Positions 18,643 to 31,785 of a DNA stretch of 64,000 nt are shown here, piece by piece. How positions within the stretch are numbered: the first letter of the stretch is position 1; each line of letters begins with the position of its first letter. Both the position numbers and the translations under genes were made by a program. The notes beneath the pieces were generated by a model. The model did not search any database. It was not told the DNA's origin and was given only the letters and a program-made list of their open reading frames with translations. Source of the stretch: Candidatus Nanopelagicales bacterium (lineage in GTDB: Bacteria > Actinomycetota > Actinomycetes > S36-B12); contig JBBATH010000009.1 in the NCBI GenBank assembly GCA_040398845.1, forward strand, positions 9,199 to 73,198. The letters are read 5' to 3'.

Positions 18643-18972
18643 TCAGAAGCGGATCTTCTCCAGAGCCTCAGCGAGGATGGCGGCGCCGTCCTCGTCCGAC
18701 CGGCGTTCCTTCACGTAGGCGAGATGGGTCTTGTAGGGCTCCACCTTCTGGGGTGAGGGGGGATTGGCCTGATCAGGTCCAGAGGGCAGTCCGCACCGCG
18801 GGCAGTCCCACTCATCTGGGACGACAGCATCGGACGCGAAACTTGGCTTGGACTCGTGTCCCCTAGAGCACCAATATGAGACCCAGATACGGGGGGCGGC
18901 GTCGCCGCGCTCCGCCTCCCCCATCGGCCCAGCCCCAACACGGCTGCCACGAATGGCACTGCCTCCGGCCAT
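18643..18972 (-). CDS. rbpA: RNA polymerase-binding protein RbpA
   Basis: 109 aa, with IRGSRVG at the N-terminus, a Zn-ribbon-like region (WCSRGHE...CPRCG) and the C-terminal sigma-interaction helix YKTHLAYVKERRSDEDG. This family is Actinobacteria-specific. Confidence 0.92.
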   Translation of the reverse strand: MAGGSAIRGSRVGAGPMGEAERGDAAPRIWVSYWCSRGHESKPSFASDAVVPDEWDCPRCGLPSGPDQANPPSPQKVEPYKTHLAYVKERRSDEDGAAILAEALEKIRF

Positions 18973-19020
18973 GGATGAATCCCTTCGAAACGATCAGTGG
19001 TGCGCGGGTACCTTGCGAAC

Positions 19021-19269
19021 TCAGGTGGCGGTGCGGACAAGCAGACCGACGGCAACGATGCTGGCGGCCCAGACGAGGCCGAGTCCAACGGTAAGGCGAT
19101 CGAGGTTTCGTTCGGCGACCGATGAACCGCCAACCGAGGACGAAACGCCGCCCCCGAAGAGGTCTGACAGTCCCCCGCCCTTACCACGGTGCAGCAGGAT
19201 GAGGACGACGAGCAGGGTGCTCGTGATGACAAGGATCACGGCGAGGACGATGGTGAGGATCTGGACCAT
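19021..19269 (-). CDS. secG: preprotein translocase subunit SecG
   Basis: 82 aa, two TM helices flanking a Gly-rich loop (HRGKGGGLSDLFGGG). Conserved position downstream of tpiA. Confidence 0.9.
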   Translation of the reverse strand: MVQILTIVLAVILVITSTLLVVLILLHRGKGGGLSDLFGGGVSSSVGGSSVAERNLDRLTVGLGLVWAASIVAVGLLVRTAT

Positions 19270-19290
19270 TGGGTAAGGATACGGGTCTGG

Positions 19291-20106
19291 TCAGCCGGCG
19301 AGTTCCGCCGGGTGCATTCGGAATCGCACGATCCCGACGAACTCATCCGGATCTAGGCTCGCACCCCCGACCAGAGCACCGTCGACATCAGCCTTCGCCA
19401 TGATTCCCGCCACGTTGGACGCCTTCACCGAACCGCCGTAGAGCACGCGGACCTGTTGAGCCGTTCCAGCGCCCCAAACATCGCCTACGCGGCCCCTGAT
19501 GGCCGCACAGACCTCTTGGGCATCATCAGGGGTCGCGACCTCGCCGGTACCAATGGCCCATACCGGTTCATACGCCACGACGAGGTCGGCGACCTGCTCA
19601 CCGGTAAGGCCCGCCAGCGATGCGTCAAGCTGCTCGAGCACGTGGGCAACATGAGTTCCAGTCTTGCGGATGTCGAGTCCCTCACCGACGCAGACGATCG
19701 GAACGATCCGAGCGCCGATGGCCGCCCGCGCCTTCGCATTCACGACGGCATCGCTTTCGGCATGATACTGACGACGCTCACTGTGGCCCACGGTCACGAA
19801 CGTGCATCCAAGCTTGGCAAGCATGCTCGCGGCGATCTCGCCGGTATAGGCCCCTGACGCGTACTGCGACACGTCCTGCGCGCCGTAGAGCAATTCGTAC
19901 TTATCACCCTCAATAAGGGTCTGCACGGAACGGATATCAGTGAATGGTGGCAGTACCGCGACCTCAACGGCCGCAAAATCGGACTCGTTGAGCGCGAACG
20001 CCAACTTCTGAACCAGAGCGATCGCCTCGAAGTGGTTGAGATTCATCTTCCAGTTGCCGGCCATGAGCGGCTTGCGTTCCAGAGTCTTTCTGTCTGGGCT
20101 TGCCAT
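19291..20106 (-). CDS. tpiA: triose-phosphate isomerase
   Basis: AGNWKMN, VGHSERR and [10 protein letters not shown] motifs. Confidence 0.97.
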   Translation of the reverse strand: MASPDRKTLERKPLMAGNWKMNLNHFEAIALVQKLAFALNESDFAAVEVAVLPPFTDIRSVQTLIEGDKYELLYGAQDVSQYASGAYTGEIAASMLAKLGCTFVTVGHSERRQYHAESDAVVNAKARAAIGARIVPIVCVGEGLDIRKTGTHVAHVLEQLDASLAGLTGEQVADLVVAYEPVWAIGTGEVATPDDAQEVCAAIRGRVGDVWGAGTAQQVRVLYGGSVKASNVAGIMAKADVDGALVGGASLDPDEFVGIVRFRMHPAELAG

Positions 20107-20109
20107 GAA

Positions 20110-21315
20110 TCAGGGCTCCTTGAGAATGTCGAGGCCAGGAAGGGTCTTCCCTTCGAGGAATTCAAGGCTGGCGCCGCCACCGGTGCTGATGTGACTGAAA
20201 TCGGCTTCATTGAGCCCGAGTAGCCGGATGGCAGCGGCCGAGTCGCCGCCACCGACGACGGTCATGGCATTCGATGCGGCGAGTGCCTCGGCAACTGCCC
20301 TCGTACCAGCCGCGAACGGCGCCATCTCAAAGACCCCCATTGGGCCATTCCAGACAACGGTGGCCGCCTCGGCAATCCGCTTGGCGAACAGTTCGGTGGT
20401 CTTCGGTCCGATGTCTAGGCCTCGCCAACCTGCGGGAATGGCGTCGGCAGGGACAACCTGCGTGGCAGCATCGGCCGCGAACGCATCCGCAATCACCACA
20501 TCGACTGGTACGAGGAGATCAACCCCGCTCGCACGCGCCTGCTCGATGAAACCCTTCACCGTGTCGATCTGATCGGGCTCGAGGAGGGAATCCCCGACCG
20601 GATGGCCTGCTGCCGCAAGGAAGGTGAATGCCATGCCCCCGCCAATGAGGAGGCAGTCCACCCTGCCGATGAGATTGCCGATGACGCCGAGCTTGTCACT
20701 CACCTTCGAACCGCCGAGGATGACGACATAGGGCCGGGCCGGGCCGGCGAGCAACTGCGCGAACACGGTTGCTTCCGTGTGGACGAGGCGGCCCGCTGCG
20801 CACGGGAGGAGCCGGGCGATATCGGTCACGGAAGCCTGCTCGCGGTGCACGACGCCGAAGCCATCAGAAACAAACAGGTCCGAGAGGCTGGCCAACTCGG
20901 CAGCGAGCGCGGCCCGTTCTTGAGGATCCTTGCTTGTCTCCCGTGCGTCAAACCTGATGTTCTCGAACAACACGACTTCGCCGGGCTCCATCGCCGCGAC
21001 CAGAGCTCGAGACTGCGGCCCGGTGATGTCAGTGCCAAATCCGACCGGTATTCCCAGGAGCTCACCGAGCCGCACAGCGACCGGGCCCAGGCTCAACTCG
21101 CCGGAGGGACCACCCTTCGGGCGGCCAAGGTGGCTGACAATGACGACCTTGGCCCCCGCTTGCCTCAGGTGGGTGATGGTGGGGAGGCTCGCACGGATCC
21201 GACCATCGTCGGTAATGACACGGGTCCCATCGGCGCCCCCTGAGAGCGGAACGTTGAAGTCGGACCGCACAAGGACGGTCCGCCCGGCAACCCCAAGGTC
21301 GTCGAGTGACTTCAC
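20110..21315 (-). CDS. pgk: phosphoglycerate kinase
   Basis: 401 aa, with [19 protein letters not shown] and [12 protein letters not shown]. Confidence 0.97.
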   Translation of the reverse strand: MKSLDDLGVAGRTVLVRSDFNVPLSGGADGTRVITDDGRIRASLPTITHLRQAGAKVVIVSHLGRPKGGPSGELSLGPVAVRLGELLGIPVGFGTDITGPQSRALVAAMEPGEVVLFENIRFDARETSKDPQERAALAAELASLSDLFVSDGFGVVHREQASVTDIARLLPCAAGRLVHTEATVFAQLLAGPARPYVVILGGSKVSDKLGVIGNLIGRVDCLLIGGGMAFTFLAAAGHPVGDSLLEPDQIDTVKGFIEQARASGVDLLVPVDVVIADAFAADAATQVVPADAIPAGWRGLDIGPKTTELFAKRIAEAATVVWNGPMGVFEMAPFAAGTRAVAEALAASNAMTVVGGGDSAAAIRLLGLNEADFSHISTGGGASLEFLEGKTLPGLDILKEP

Positions 21316-21324
21316 GCCGGTGCC

Positions 21325-23392
<2,068 letters not shown>

Positions 23393-23402
<10 letters not shown>

Positions 23403-24403
23403 AGGAGTTCATCCTGCCACCTGCCAAGCACGGAACCGAATGACACGGCAAGTCTGCCGGGGTCGTGCTCGCCGCAGCGATCACTCCCGGGGTATCCCAC
23501 CGACGCCAGTTCCAGACGCGCACCCATGTCGGCGCATGTCTGTCGAAGAGCCGCTTCGTCATCGACGTTCGCTGGATCGGCCACGACGACATCGAGCCGA
23601 AGATCAGGAACATGTCGCTTCATGAAGTGCAGGTGGTCATCAAGCGACGCCCCTGACGTCTCCGTGTCACTCCCCGGGTCGAGGTTCAGCACGAGCAGTT
23701 TGAGCGCCGGGCTTTCGCGGATCGCGGCGATCTGCGCAGGGATGAGCAGGTGTGGCATGACCGAGGTGAACCACGATCCCGGTCCAAGAATGATCGCATC
23801 AGCCACACTGAGGGCCGCGAGCGCATCCGGGCACGGTTCAGGTGCAGCCGGTTCCAACCGGATTCCCAACACATCCCCGGTCGTCGTCGCCACGGCTGCC
23901 TGACCCTGCACGACGGAGACGACATCAGGTTCAGCCGGATCGTGCCCACGGACATCGGCAACAATCGACACCGGCGTCACGCTGCACGGGAGGACCCGGC
24001 CCTGCGCCTCAAGGAGGGCTGCCACCCAGTCGAGTCCGGTAACCGCATCGTGGGTCTCCTCCCACAGGGCGGTGATGAGGAGGTTCCCGAGGGAGTGCCC
24101 TGCCAGGTCGCCGTTGCCGCCGAAGCGATGCTGGATCACCTGCCTCCAGGTTCGACCCCACGTGTCGTCGCCGCACAAGGCCGCTAGCGCCATCCGCAGG
24201 TCGCCCGGTGGGAGGCCGCCAAATTCAGCGCGCAACCGCCCGCTGGACCCGCCATCATCGGCAACGCCAACGATTGCGGTGATCTGATCGGTCACCCGCC
24301 GCAACGCCTTGAGTGTTGCCGCTAGGCCATGACCCCCGCCTAGGGCAACGACTCGTGGCCCGCTCCCCTGCCCGTCAAGACGCAGGCCAGAACCCCGAAT
24401 CAC
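23393..24403 (-). CDS. yvcK: gluconeogenesis factor YvcK / CofD-like (UPF0052) protein
   Basis: [18 protein letters not shown]...[18 protein letters not shown] 24401-24403 forms a GTGA overlap with the rapZ stop. The upstream ORF extension to 24511 overlaps rapZ. Confidence 0.9.
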
Positions 24404-25281
24404 TCCCGGCCCAGATCGCGGTGCATGACGAGGGTTTCCATGCAACCGAGTCGCAGTCGAGCGCCGAGTTCCTCGGCCATCGCCACACTTCGGTGCTTTC
24501 CGCCGGTGCATCCGACCGCGATCGTGACGTAGCGCTTGCCCTCATCGAGATATCCGGGTGTGACAAGAGCGATCTGCGCGGCAAAAATCTCGAGGAACCG
24601 CTCGGCAGCATCGGCCGCGAGCACTGTCGACGAGACGGCGACGTCCCGTCCAGTGAGCGGGCGCAACTCCGGGTTCCAGTGGGGATTCGGGAGAAACCGG
24701 ACGTCGGCGACCATGTCAGCGTCGACAGGAATGCCGTACTTGAACCCGAACGACATGACGGTCGCATGGAGCGCCCGTGGGTCATCTCCGGCGAATGCGG
24801 CCTCCACCTTGCGGCGCAGGTCGTGAACATTGAGGGTCGAAGTGTCGATGACGACATCAGCATTGGCACGAAGGTCGCCAAGGATGGCGCGCTCAGATTG
24901 CAACCCGTCGACGATGCGATTGGAGCCCTGAAGTGGGTGGGGCCGCCGAGAACTCTCGAACCTCCGCACGAGGACGTCGTCCGATGACTCGAGAAAGAGG
25001 GTTCGGACGCCGATACCGACCGCGGGCAGGGCTGCGAGCGCCTGACTCAGGTGCGTGAAAAACGACTTGCCTCGCACGTCGACGACGACAGCCATTTTGG
25101 TGATGTCATCGGACGCCCGGGCCAGTTGCACCGCTTGCTGCAGGAGGGACGGCGGCAGGTTGTCAATGACAAACCACCCGAGATCTTCAAGCGCCCGCGC
25201 GGCGGTCGAACGGCCGGCCCCCGACATGCCGGTGACAAGAGCGACCTCAAGATCGACCCCGGTCAAAGCATTCGTGCTCAC
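24400..25281 (-). CDS. rapZ: RNase adapter protein RapZ (P-loop ATPase YvcJ)
   Basis: VTGMSGAGRSTAARALEDLGWFVIDNLP, and C-terminal CTGGKHRSV. Confidence 0.93.
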   Translation of the reverse strand: MSTNALTGVDLEVALVTGMSGAGRSTAARALEDLGWFVIDNLPPSLLQQAVQLARASDDITKMAVVVDVRGKSFFTHLSQALAALPAVGIGVRTLFLESSDDVLVRRFESSRRPHPLQGSNRIVDGLQSERAILGDLRANADVVIDTSTLNVHDLRRKVEAAFAGDDPRALHATVMSFGFKYGIPVDADMVADVRFLPNPHWNPELRPLTGRDVAVSSTVLAADAAERFLEIFAAQIALVTPGYLDEGKRYVTIAVGCTGGKHRSVAMAEELGARLRLGCMETLVMHRDLGRE

Positions 25282-27203
25282 GCGGATCCCTCCCGTGGAT
25301 TGAGCGACGAGTGAATTGTGGCACCAAGCGCAGGCCCGATGCCCTCCACCACCAAGAGTTCATCTACCGTCGCCAGAGCAACCTTCTTGGCACTGCCAAA
25401 ATGCTTGACGAGCGCCTTGGCACGCTTGGGACCAAGACCGGGGATTGCGTCAAGGGCGCTCGTGGTGGCCCGCTGGCCCCGACGCTTGCGATGGAGGCCG
25501 ATGGCACTTCGGTGGGCCTCGTCGCGAATCCGCTGCAGCAGGTAGAGCCCCTCACTCGTTCGAGGCAGGATCACCGGATCCGGGTCGTCTGGCAGCCACA
25601 CCTCTTCGAGTCGCTTCGCGAGACCGATGACCGGAACGTCGGTGACTCCCGCCGCCATGAGGGCGTCCTGCGCTGCACGCACCTGGGGCTGGCCGCCATC
25701 GATGACGAGCAAGCCGGGCGCGTAGGCGAATGCCCGTCGCTCCACGCGGGCCGCCGCTACGTCACCAACCTGACTTGTGGAATCAGACGTCCCCCCATCA
25801 GCCTCTCGCCTAGCGAAGCGGCGCTGGACAACCTCCGCCACGGCCCCGGTGTCGTCGGCCGTAACGGTCCTGATGATGAACGAGCGGTAATCACGCTTCT
25901 TCGGCAGACCGTCCTCGAAGACGACGAGTGATGCCACCGTGTCTTGGCCCTGGAGCGTCGAGATGTCGATGCACTCGATCCGAAGAGGTGCATCGGGAAG
26001 GTCAAGCGCTTCTTGGAGTTCTTGCAGTGCTTTGCTCCGCGTCGTGAGATCGGTCGATCGCTTGAGCTTGTGCTGGGCGAGCGACTGGGTGGCATTGAGG
26101 AGGGCCGTTTCCATGAGACTGCGCTTGTCTCCACGTTGCGGCACCCGCACATCAACCTTCGACCCGCGCACCTCCGACAGCCAGTCAGACCAGGCTGAGC
26201 CGGATTCCGGATCGCATGACACGAGGACCTCACGGGGGATGTCGAGGTCGACTCCGTCGACATAGATCCGCTGGAGAATGCGCTCGAGGTAGCCGGAACT
26301 TGGTAGATCCTCCGACTTCTCGAGGATAAATCCACGTTCACCCCGGATACGCCCGCCACGCACATGGAATATCTGGGCGGACGCCTCAAGTGGATCCTCG
26401 ACCATTGCGACCACATCGGCGTCGGTGCTGTCGGTGAAGACGACGGCATTGCGCTCCAAGGCACGCCTGAGTACGCCAATCCGGTCGCGTAGGCGCCCGG
26501 CCTCCTCGTAGGCCTGTGATTCGGACGCGGACTGCATTTTCCGCTCGAGATCGCGAACGAATCGATCCGACTGGCCGGCCATGAAGGTGCAGAAGTCATC
26601 CACGAGGGAGCGATGCTCCTGCGCCGTGACCCGTCCGACGCAGGGGGCGCTGCACTTATCGATATATCCGAGAAGGCACGGACGCCCGATCCCCTGCGCC
26701 CGTCGAAACACGCCGTCGCGACAGGACCGGATCGGAAACACCTTGAGCAACTCATCGACCGTGCCGCGAATAGCCCAGGCGTGGGCGTACGGCCCGAAGT
26801 ACCGAGTACCCTTTCGCTTCGCCTCACGGACAACTGAAACGCGCGGGATCTCATCGCCAATGGTGACCGCGAGGTGCGGGTAGGTCTTGTCATCGCGAAA
26901 CCTGACGTTGAACCTCGGGTCGTACTCCTTGATCCACGCATACTCAAGCGTGAGAGCTTCGACCTCGTTGCCGACGACCACCCAGTCCACGTCAACTGCG
27001 GTGCCGACCATCGATGCCGTGCGTGGGTGCATCCCCGCAGGATCTTGGAAATAGCTCGTGAGGCGAGAACGCAGATTCCGGGCCTTGCCAACGTAAATCA
27101 CCTGACCGCGCACGTCTCGAAAGCGGTAGACGCCCGGGTTCGTCGGGATGGTGCCTGTGGCGGGGCGTAGGGGGGATTTCGGTGAGGACGCGGCTGCGGT
27201 CAC
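25278..27203 (-). CDS. uvrC: excinuclease ABC subunit C
   Basis: GIY-YIG N-terminus (PGVYRFRD...VIYVGKARNLRSRL), UVR domain and a C-terminal (HhH)2 domain (IPGLGPKRAKALVKHFGS). Confidence 0.97.
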   Translation of the reverse strand: MTAAASSPKSPLRPATGTIPTNPGVYRFRDVRGQVIYVGKARNLRSRLTSYFQDPAGMHPRTASMVGTAVDVDWVVVGNEVEALTLEYAWIKEYDPRFNVRFRDDKTYPHLAVTIGDEIPRVSVVREAKRKGTRYFGPYAHAWAIRGTVDELLKVFPIRSCRDGVFRRAQGIGRPCLLGYIDKCSAPCVGRVTAQEHRSLVDDFCTFMAGQSDRFVRDLERKMQSASESQAYEEAGRLRDRIGVLRRALERNAVVFTDSTDADVVAMVEDPLEASAQIFHVRGGRIRGERGFILEKSEDLPSSGYLERILQRIYVDGVDLDIPREVLVSCDPESGSAWSDWLSEVRGSKVDVRVPQRGDKRSLMETALLNATQSLAQHKLKRSTDLTTRSKALQELQEALDLPDAPLRIECIDISTLQGQDTVASLVVFEDGLPKKRDYRSFIIRTVTADDTGAVAEVVQRRFARREADGGTSDSTSQVGDVAAARVERRAFAYAPGLLVIDGGQPQVRAAQDALMAAGVTDVPVIGLAKRLEEVWLPDDPDPVILPRTSEGLYLLQRIRDEAHRSAIGLHRKRRGQRATTSALDAIPGLGPKRAKALVKHFGSAKKVALATVDELLVVEGIGPALGATIHSSLNPREGSA

Positions 27204-27206
27204 GAG

Positions 27207-27629
27207 TCAGGGAAGAACGACGTTGTCACCCTGCACTGTCACGATCGCCGAGGTGAGGCCCTCGGTCGCCGGCCCCTGCAGCACCGCACCGTCAACCGCG
27301 GAGAACCGTGAACCGTGACACGGGCAAATGATCTCGTTTTCCACGACCTCGGACACTAGGCAGCCTTGATGCGGGCACACTGCGGTGAATGCCTTGATCG
27401 AGCCCTCGTTCGGCTGGGTGACCACGACTGCGACCTCTTCATTGACGAAGCCACCCCCTACCGGTACTTCACCGAGCGAGGCGATGACGACTCCCTGGCC
27501 ATCGGGCGCGGGGCCGGTTACTGCCGAGGCCTCTGCTGCCCCGGTTTCCGATCCCCCTCCGCAGGCGGCAAGCACGCCGCCGACCGCGATGACACCACTG
27601 ACCTGAAGGACTGTACGACGTTCAACCAT
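27207..27629 (-). CDS. Rieske [2Fe-2S] domain lipoprotein with twin-arginine signal
   Basis: Tat-like ERRTVLQ, lipobox LAACGG, and Rieske ligands CPHQGC ... CPCHGSRF. Confidence 0.85.
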   Translation of the reverse strand: MVERRTVLQVSGVIAVGGVLAACGGGSETGAAEASAVTGPAPDGQGVVIASLGEVPVGGGFVNEEVAVVVTQPNEGSIKAFTAVCPHQGCLVSEVVENEIICPCHGSRFSAVDGAVLQGPATEGLTSAIVTVQGDNVVLP

Positions 27630-27654
27630 GATTAACTCCCTTCGATGACTTAGG

Positions 27655-30585
27655 CTAATTCACTACGGTTCGTGATGCGCGAGCGGCCTTGGCCGGAGCC
27701 TTGGCCCGAGCTTTACCCGGGGCCTTGCCCGGGGCCTTGACCGGGGCCTGCGCGGTCAGCATGCCCGCGAGGAATTCGCCGGTGTAACTTCCGGGGGTGC
27801 CGGCAATCTGCTCAGGGGTTCCGGCCCCGACGACGAATCCTCCACCCGACCCACCCTCGGGCCCCATGTCGATGACCCAATCCGCAGTCTTGATGACATC
27901 GAGGTTGTGCTCGATGACAAGGACGGTGTTGCCCTTATCAACGAGTGAATGGAGTACCCCGAGAAGCTTGCGGATGTCCTCGAAGTGGAGCCCAGTCGTC
28001 GGCTCATCGAGCACGTAGATGGTGCGTCCGGTCGAGCGCTTCTGCAGTTCCGCAGCCAGCTTCACGCGCTGAGCCTCGCCACCTGAAAGGGTCGGCGCCG
28101 ACTGGCCCATCCGCACATAACCGAGGCCGACGTCGACGAGGGTCGCGAGGTGGCGGGCAATCGGTGGCACCGCGGCAAAGAACTCGAGGGCTTCCTCGAT
28201 CGGCATGTCGAGCGCTTCAGCGATTGTCTTCCCCTTGAAGCGCACCTCGAGGGTCTCCCGGTTGTAGCGCTTGCCGAGGCAGACTTCGCAGGGCACGTAA
28301 ACGTCGGGGAGGAAGTTCATTTCTATCTTCAGGGTGCCGTCGCCCGAGCAGGACTCGCAGCGGCCGCCCTTCACGTTGAAGGAGAACCGTCCCTGGAGAT
28401 AGCCGCGCACCTTGGCCTCGGGAGTCTCTGCGAAGAGTTTGCGAATGTGGTCGAAGACACCGGTGTAGGTCGCGGGGTTGCTTCGTGGAGTCCGCCCAAT
28501 TGGGCTTTGATCGACATGGACAACCTTGTCGACGTGCTCGAGGCCATCAACGCGCTTATGTCGGCCGGGAACGATGCGGGCGCCATTGAGGTCTCGGGCG
28601 AGGACGTTATAGAGGACGTCATTCACGAGGGTTGACTTCCCGGAACCGCTGACCCCCGTCACCGCAACGAGGCAGCCGAGCGGGAATGACACAGTGACGT
28701 CGCGCAAGTTGTGCTCGCGCGCGTTGTGGACCGTGATCTCGCGATCCTGCCGAGGCCGCCGGGTCGTTGGAATCTCGATTGACCTTCTCCCGGTGAGGTA
28801 CTGGCCGGTGATGGAGTCCGGGTGATTGAGGAGGTCGTCAACCGGACCGCTCACGACGATGTGGCCGCCGTGCTCTCCCGCGCCGGGGCCGATGTCAACA
28901 ACCCAGTCGGCGACTCGAATGGTGTCCTCATCATGTTCGACGACGATAAGGGTGTTGCCAAGGTCGCGTAGCCGAATGAGGGTCTCGATGAGTCGGCGAT
29001 TATCGCGCTGATGCAGCCCGATGCTCGGCTCGTCGAGGACGTAGAGCACGCCGACGAGCCCCGAGCCGATCTGCGTGGCGAGCCGGATCCGCTGTGCCTC
29101 CCCGCCCGCGAGGGTGGCCGACGGCCGATCGAGGGACAGGTAATGCAGGCCGACATCGACGAGGAACTGCAGTCGCTCATTCACCTCCTTGAGGACCCGG
29201 CTCGCGATCACCGCATCACGGCTCGACAGCGTGAGTCCACCGAGCATGGTGGCAAGTTCGCCGATGGGCAGGGCTGAGATCTCGGCGATCGAGTGACCCG
29301 AAACGGTCACTGCCAAGGTGAGCGGCTTGAGCCTTGTGCCACCGCAGCCATGGCAGGGCACCTCTCGCATGAAGCCCTCGAACTTCTCGCGGACGGCGTC
29401 ACTCTCCGACTCCGAGTGCCGCCGTTCGATGTAGGGGATGACTCCCTCGTAGGTGGTCGTATATGACCGCGTGCGTCCGTAGCGGTTCTTGTACCGCACA
29501 AGCACCTCGGTCGGAAAGCCGAAGAGGATCGCCTTGCGAGCCTTCGCCGGCAGATCCGCCCACCGGGTATTCATGTCAATCCCAAGGTCCTCGCATAGTG
29601 CCTCGAGCAGCCTGCCGAAGTAATCCGATACGTTTCCACCCGCCCATGGCGCAATGACGCCCTCGTTCAAGGTGAGATCGGGATTCGGGGTGACGAGTTC
29701 CTCATCGACCTCTCGGCGGGTGCCAAGGCCGGTACACACCGGACAGGCACCGAATGGCGAATTGAACGAGAACGATCGCGGCTCAAGTTCCTCGAAGGAA
29801 AGCCCATCCTTGATGCACGCGAGGTGCTCGCTGAAGACGCGCTCCCGGTTCGAGTCGCTCTCATCGAGGTCGACGAAATCTAGGACGACAAGTCCACTGC
29901 TGAGCTTCAGCGCCGTCTCAACGGAATCGGTGAGCCGGCGGCGCGCGTCGGGTTTCACCGCGAGACGATCGACCACCACTTCGATCGTATGCTTCTCCTG
30001 CTTCTTCAGCGTTGGAACCTCGTCGAGGCCAACCACCGTTCCATCAACGCGGACCCGCGAGTAGCCCTGAGTCTGCAACTGGCGGAACAACTCGCCGTAC
30101 TCCCCCTTACGCTCGCGCACCACCGGCGCGAGAACCTGGAACCTTGAATCAGCAGGCAGATCGAGGACCTGGTCGACGATCTGCTGCGGGGTCTGGCGGG
30201 CGATAACCGCGCCGCACTCGGGGCAGTGAGGCACGCCGATACGCGCGTACAGGAGCCTGAGGTAGTCATACACCTCTGTGATCGTGCCGACGGTCGAGCG
30301 CGGATTGCGTGACGTCGACTTCTGGTCGATCGACACTGCGGGCGACAGACCCTCGATGAAGTCGACGTCAGGCTTGTCCATCTGGCCGAGGAACTGGCGT
30401 GCATAGGCCGACAGACTCTCGACATATCGGCGCTGGCCCTCGGCAAAGATGGTGTCGAAGGCTAGGCTTGACTTCCCCGAACCAGATAGCCCGGTGAATA
30501 CGATGAGTGCATCCCGCGGTAGGTCAAGGGAGACATCCTTAAGATTGTGCTCACGAGCACCTCGTACGACGAGCCGGTCTCCCAC
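27655..30585 (-). CDS. uvrA: excinuclease ABC subunit A
   Basis: 976 aa with two ABC modules ([20 protein letters not shown]; LSGGEAQR twice) and zinc-finger Cys clusters. The Ala/Lys/Pro-rich C-terminal tail is typical of actinobacteria. Confidence 0.98.
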   Translation of the reverse strand: MGDRLVVRGAREHNLKDVSLDLPRDALIVFTGLSGSGKSSLAFDTIFAEGQRRYVESLSAYARQFLGQMDKPDVDFIEGLSPAVSIDQKSTSRNPRSTVGTITEVYDYLRLLYARIGVPHCPECGAVIARQTPQQIVDQVLDLPADSRFQVLAPVVRERKGEYGELFRQLQTQGYSRVRVDGTVVGLDEVPTLKKQEKHTIEVVVDRLAVKPDARRRLTDSVETALKLSSGLVVLDFVDLDESDSNRERVFSEHLACIKDGLSFEELEPRSFSFNSPFGACPVCTGLGTRREVDEELVTPNPDLTLNEGVIAPWAGGNVSDYFGRLLEALCEDLGIDMNTRWADLPAKARKAILFGFPTEVLVRYKNRYGRTRSYTTTYEGVIPYIERRHSESESDAVREKFEGFMREVPCHGCGGTRLKPLTLAVTVSGHSIAEISALPIGELATMLGGLTLSSRDAVIASRVLKEVNERLQFLVDVGLHYLSLDRPSATLAGGEAQRIRLATQIGSGLVGVLYVLDEPSIGLHQRDNRRLIETLIRLRDLGNTLIVVEHDEDTIRVADWVVDIGPGAGEHGGHIVVSGPVDDLLNHPDSITGQYLTGRRSIEIPTTRRPRQDREITVHNAREHNLRDVTVSFPLGCLVAVTGVSGSGKSTLVNDVLYNVLARDLNGARIVPGRHKRVDGLEHVDKVVHVDQSPIGRTPRSNPATYTGVFDHIRKLFAETPEAKVRGYLQGRFSFNVKGGRCESCSGDGTLKIEMNFLPDVYVPCEVCLGKRYNRETLEVRFKGKTIAEALDMPIEEALEFFAAVPPIARHLATLVDVGLGYVRMGQSAPTLSGGEAQRVKLAAELQKRSTGRTIYVLDEPTTGLHFEDIRKLLGVLHSLVDKGNTVLVIEHNLDVIKTADWVIDMGPEGGSGGGFVVGAGTPEQIAGTPGSYTGEFLAGMLTAQAPVKAPGKAPGKARAKAPAKAARASRTVVN

Positions 30586-30629
30586 GAGACTTCCTTCCTA
30601 ATGATTCCCCACGTTGAGAGAACAGTGCA

Positions 30630-31283
30630 ATGTATACCGGCATCGTGACAGTCGCTGGTCCTGCCGACGTTCGTGAACTCCCCATGCTCATCATCAGCAA
30701 GCTGGCCGTTGGGCCCTATGACAACAATGCCTATCTCCTTCGGTGCCGGGAGACGGGGTCCTCGGTGCTCATCGACGCCGCTGCAGAGCCCGAGCGGCTG
30801 CTCGTGCTCTGCGGTGAGACTCCCCCGGATCTCGTCGTGACGACGCATGCACATGCAGATCACTGGCAGGCCCTCGCCGAGATCGTGGAGGCAACCGGTG
30901 CGCGTACCGCAGCCGGTGTCAACGATGCGCCGGATATCCCGGTCCCCACCGAGGTCGGCGTGATCGATGGTGACGTCATCGGATTCGGACGGATCGAGCT
31001 CACCGCGATCGAACTCGTTGGCCACACTCCCGGATCCATCGCCCTGCTATACAACGATCCGCAGGGACCACCGCACCTCTTCACCGGAGATTGCCTGTTT
31101 CCAGGCGGACTCGGCAACACCAAGGGTGATGCAGATCGGTTTGCCTCACTCCTTTCCGACGTCTCCGAAAAGATCTTTGACCGACTGCCGGACGAGACCT
31201 GGGTGTACCCGGGCCACGGCCATGACACGACCCTAGGAGCCGAGCGTCCGCACCTCGAAGAGTGGCGCGAACGGGGTTGGTAA
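30630..31283 (+). CDS. MBL-fold metallo-hydrolase (glyoxalase II-like)
   Basis: THAHADHW metal motif, later GHTPGS and a C-terminal PGHG. It occupies the conserved neighbour position to uvrA in actinobacteria. Confidence 0.85.
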   Translation: MYTGIVTVAGPADVRELPMLIISKLAVGPYDNNAYLLRCRETGSSVLIDAAAEPERLLVLCGETPPDLVVTTHAHADHWQALAEIVEATGARTAAGVNDAPDIPVPTEVGVIDGDVIGFGRIELTAIELVGHTPGSIALLYNDPQGPPHLFTGDCLFPGGLGNTKGDADRFASLLSDVSEKIFDRLPDETWVYPGHGHDTTLGAERPHLEEWRERGW

Positions 31284-31289
31284 GCACCC

Positions 31290-31781
31290 TCAAGAGGATG
31301 CGTCAACGATCCCTGCGGCAAACGCCCAGAGGTCGTAGTCATCGAGCGTGATCCCTGGGATTCCGCTCACCTCAAGCGCGCAGGCGATCTGGGTGCGGTG
31401 CTCGGTGGAGTGGTAGCAGGCTTGCGCGAGGACGATCGACCGCAGCGCCGATCTAGGTCCGTCCTCGTCTTCGAAATGAACTTCCTCGTCGGCCTTTGCT
31501 GCTTCCGTGAGCAGAGCGTCATTCAGGGCACGCAGGCGCTGGCGTAGCGCATCGAGGTCCGCTGGGTTCCTCGGCAGTACGAGATCAGTCCATGGCATCC
31601 CTGTCAGGCAAAAGCAAAACCACTCAGCGCTCCCGACGATGTGGCGTGCAAGGTGCGCCACGGTCCAGTCCTTCGGTCCGTAGGTGACGTCGAGTGCCCC
31701 GTAGGGGAGGGCCGAGAGCTGCTCGAAGAGCAGGTCATCGGCCCACCGCAGATGACGGAGCGCTGTCGTCATTTCGACCAT
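31290..31781 (-). CDS. DinB family protein
   Basis: Four-helix DinB pattern (HLRWADDLLFEQL, VAHLARHIVGS, CYHSTEHRTQI His triad). The start is taken at ATG 31779-31781, just after the terC stop. The ORF is open to 31832. Confidence 0.75.
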   Translation of the reverse strand: MVEMTTALRHLRWADDLLFEQLSALPYGALDVTYGPKDWTVAHLARHIVGSAEWFCFCLTGMPWTDLVLPRNPADLDALRQRLRALNDALLTEAAKADEEVHFEDEDGPRSALRSIVLAQACYHSTEHRTQIACALEVSGIPGITLDDYDLWAFAAGIVDASS

Positions 31782-31785
31782 TCGC

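Noticed and set aside
25757-27091. 444-aa ORF in another reading frame on the same strand, inside uvrC
   Set aside because: It lies entirely within a gene that has unmistakable UvrC motifs in its own frame. The translation is Arg/Ser/Pro/Ala-rich low complexity, typical of off-frame ORFs in GC-rich DNA.
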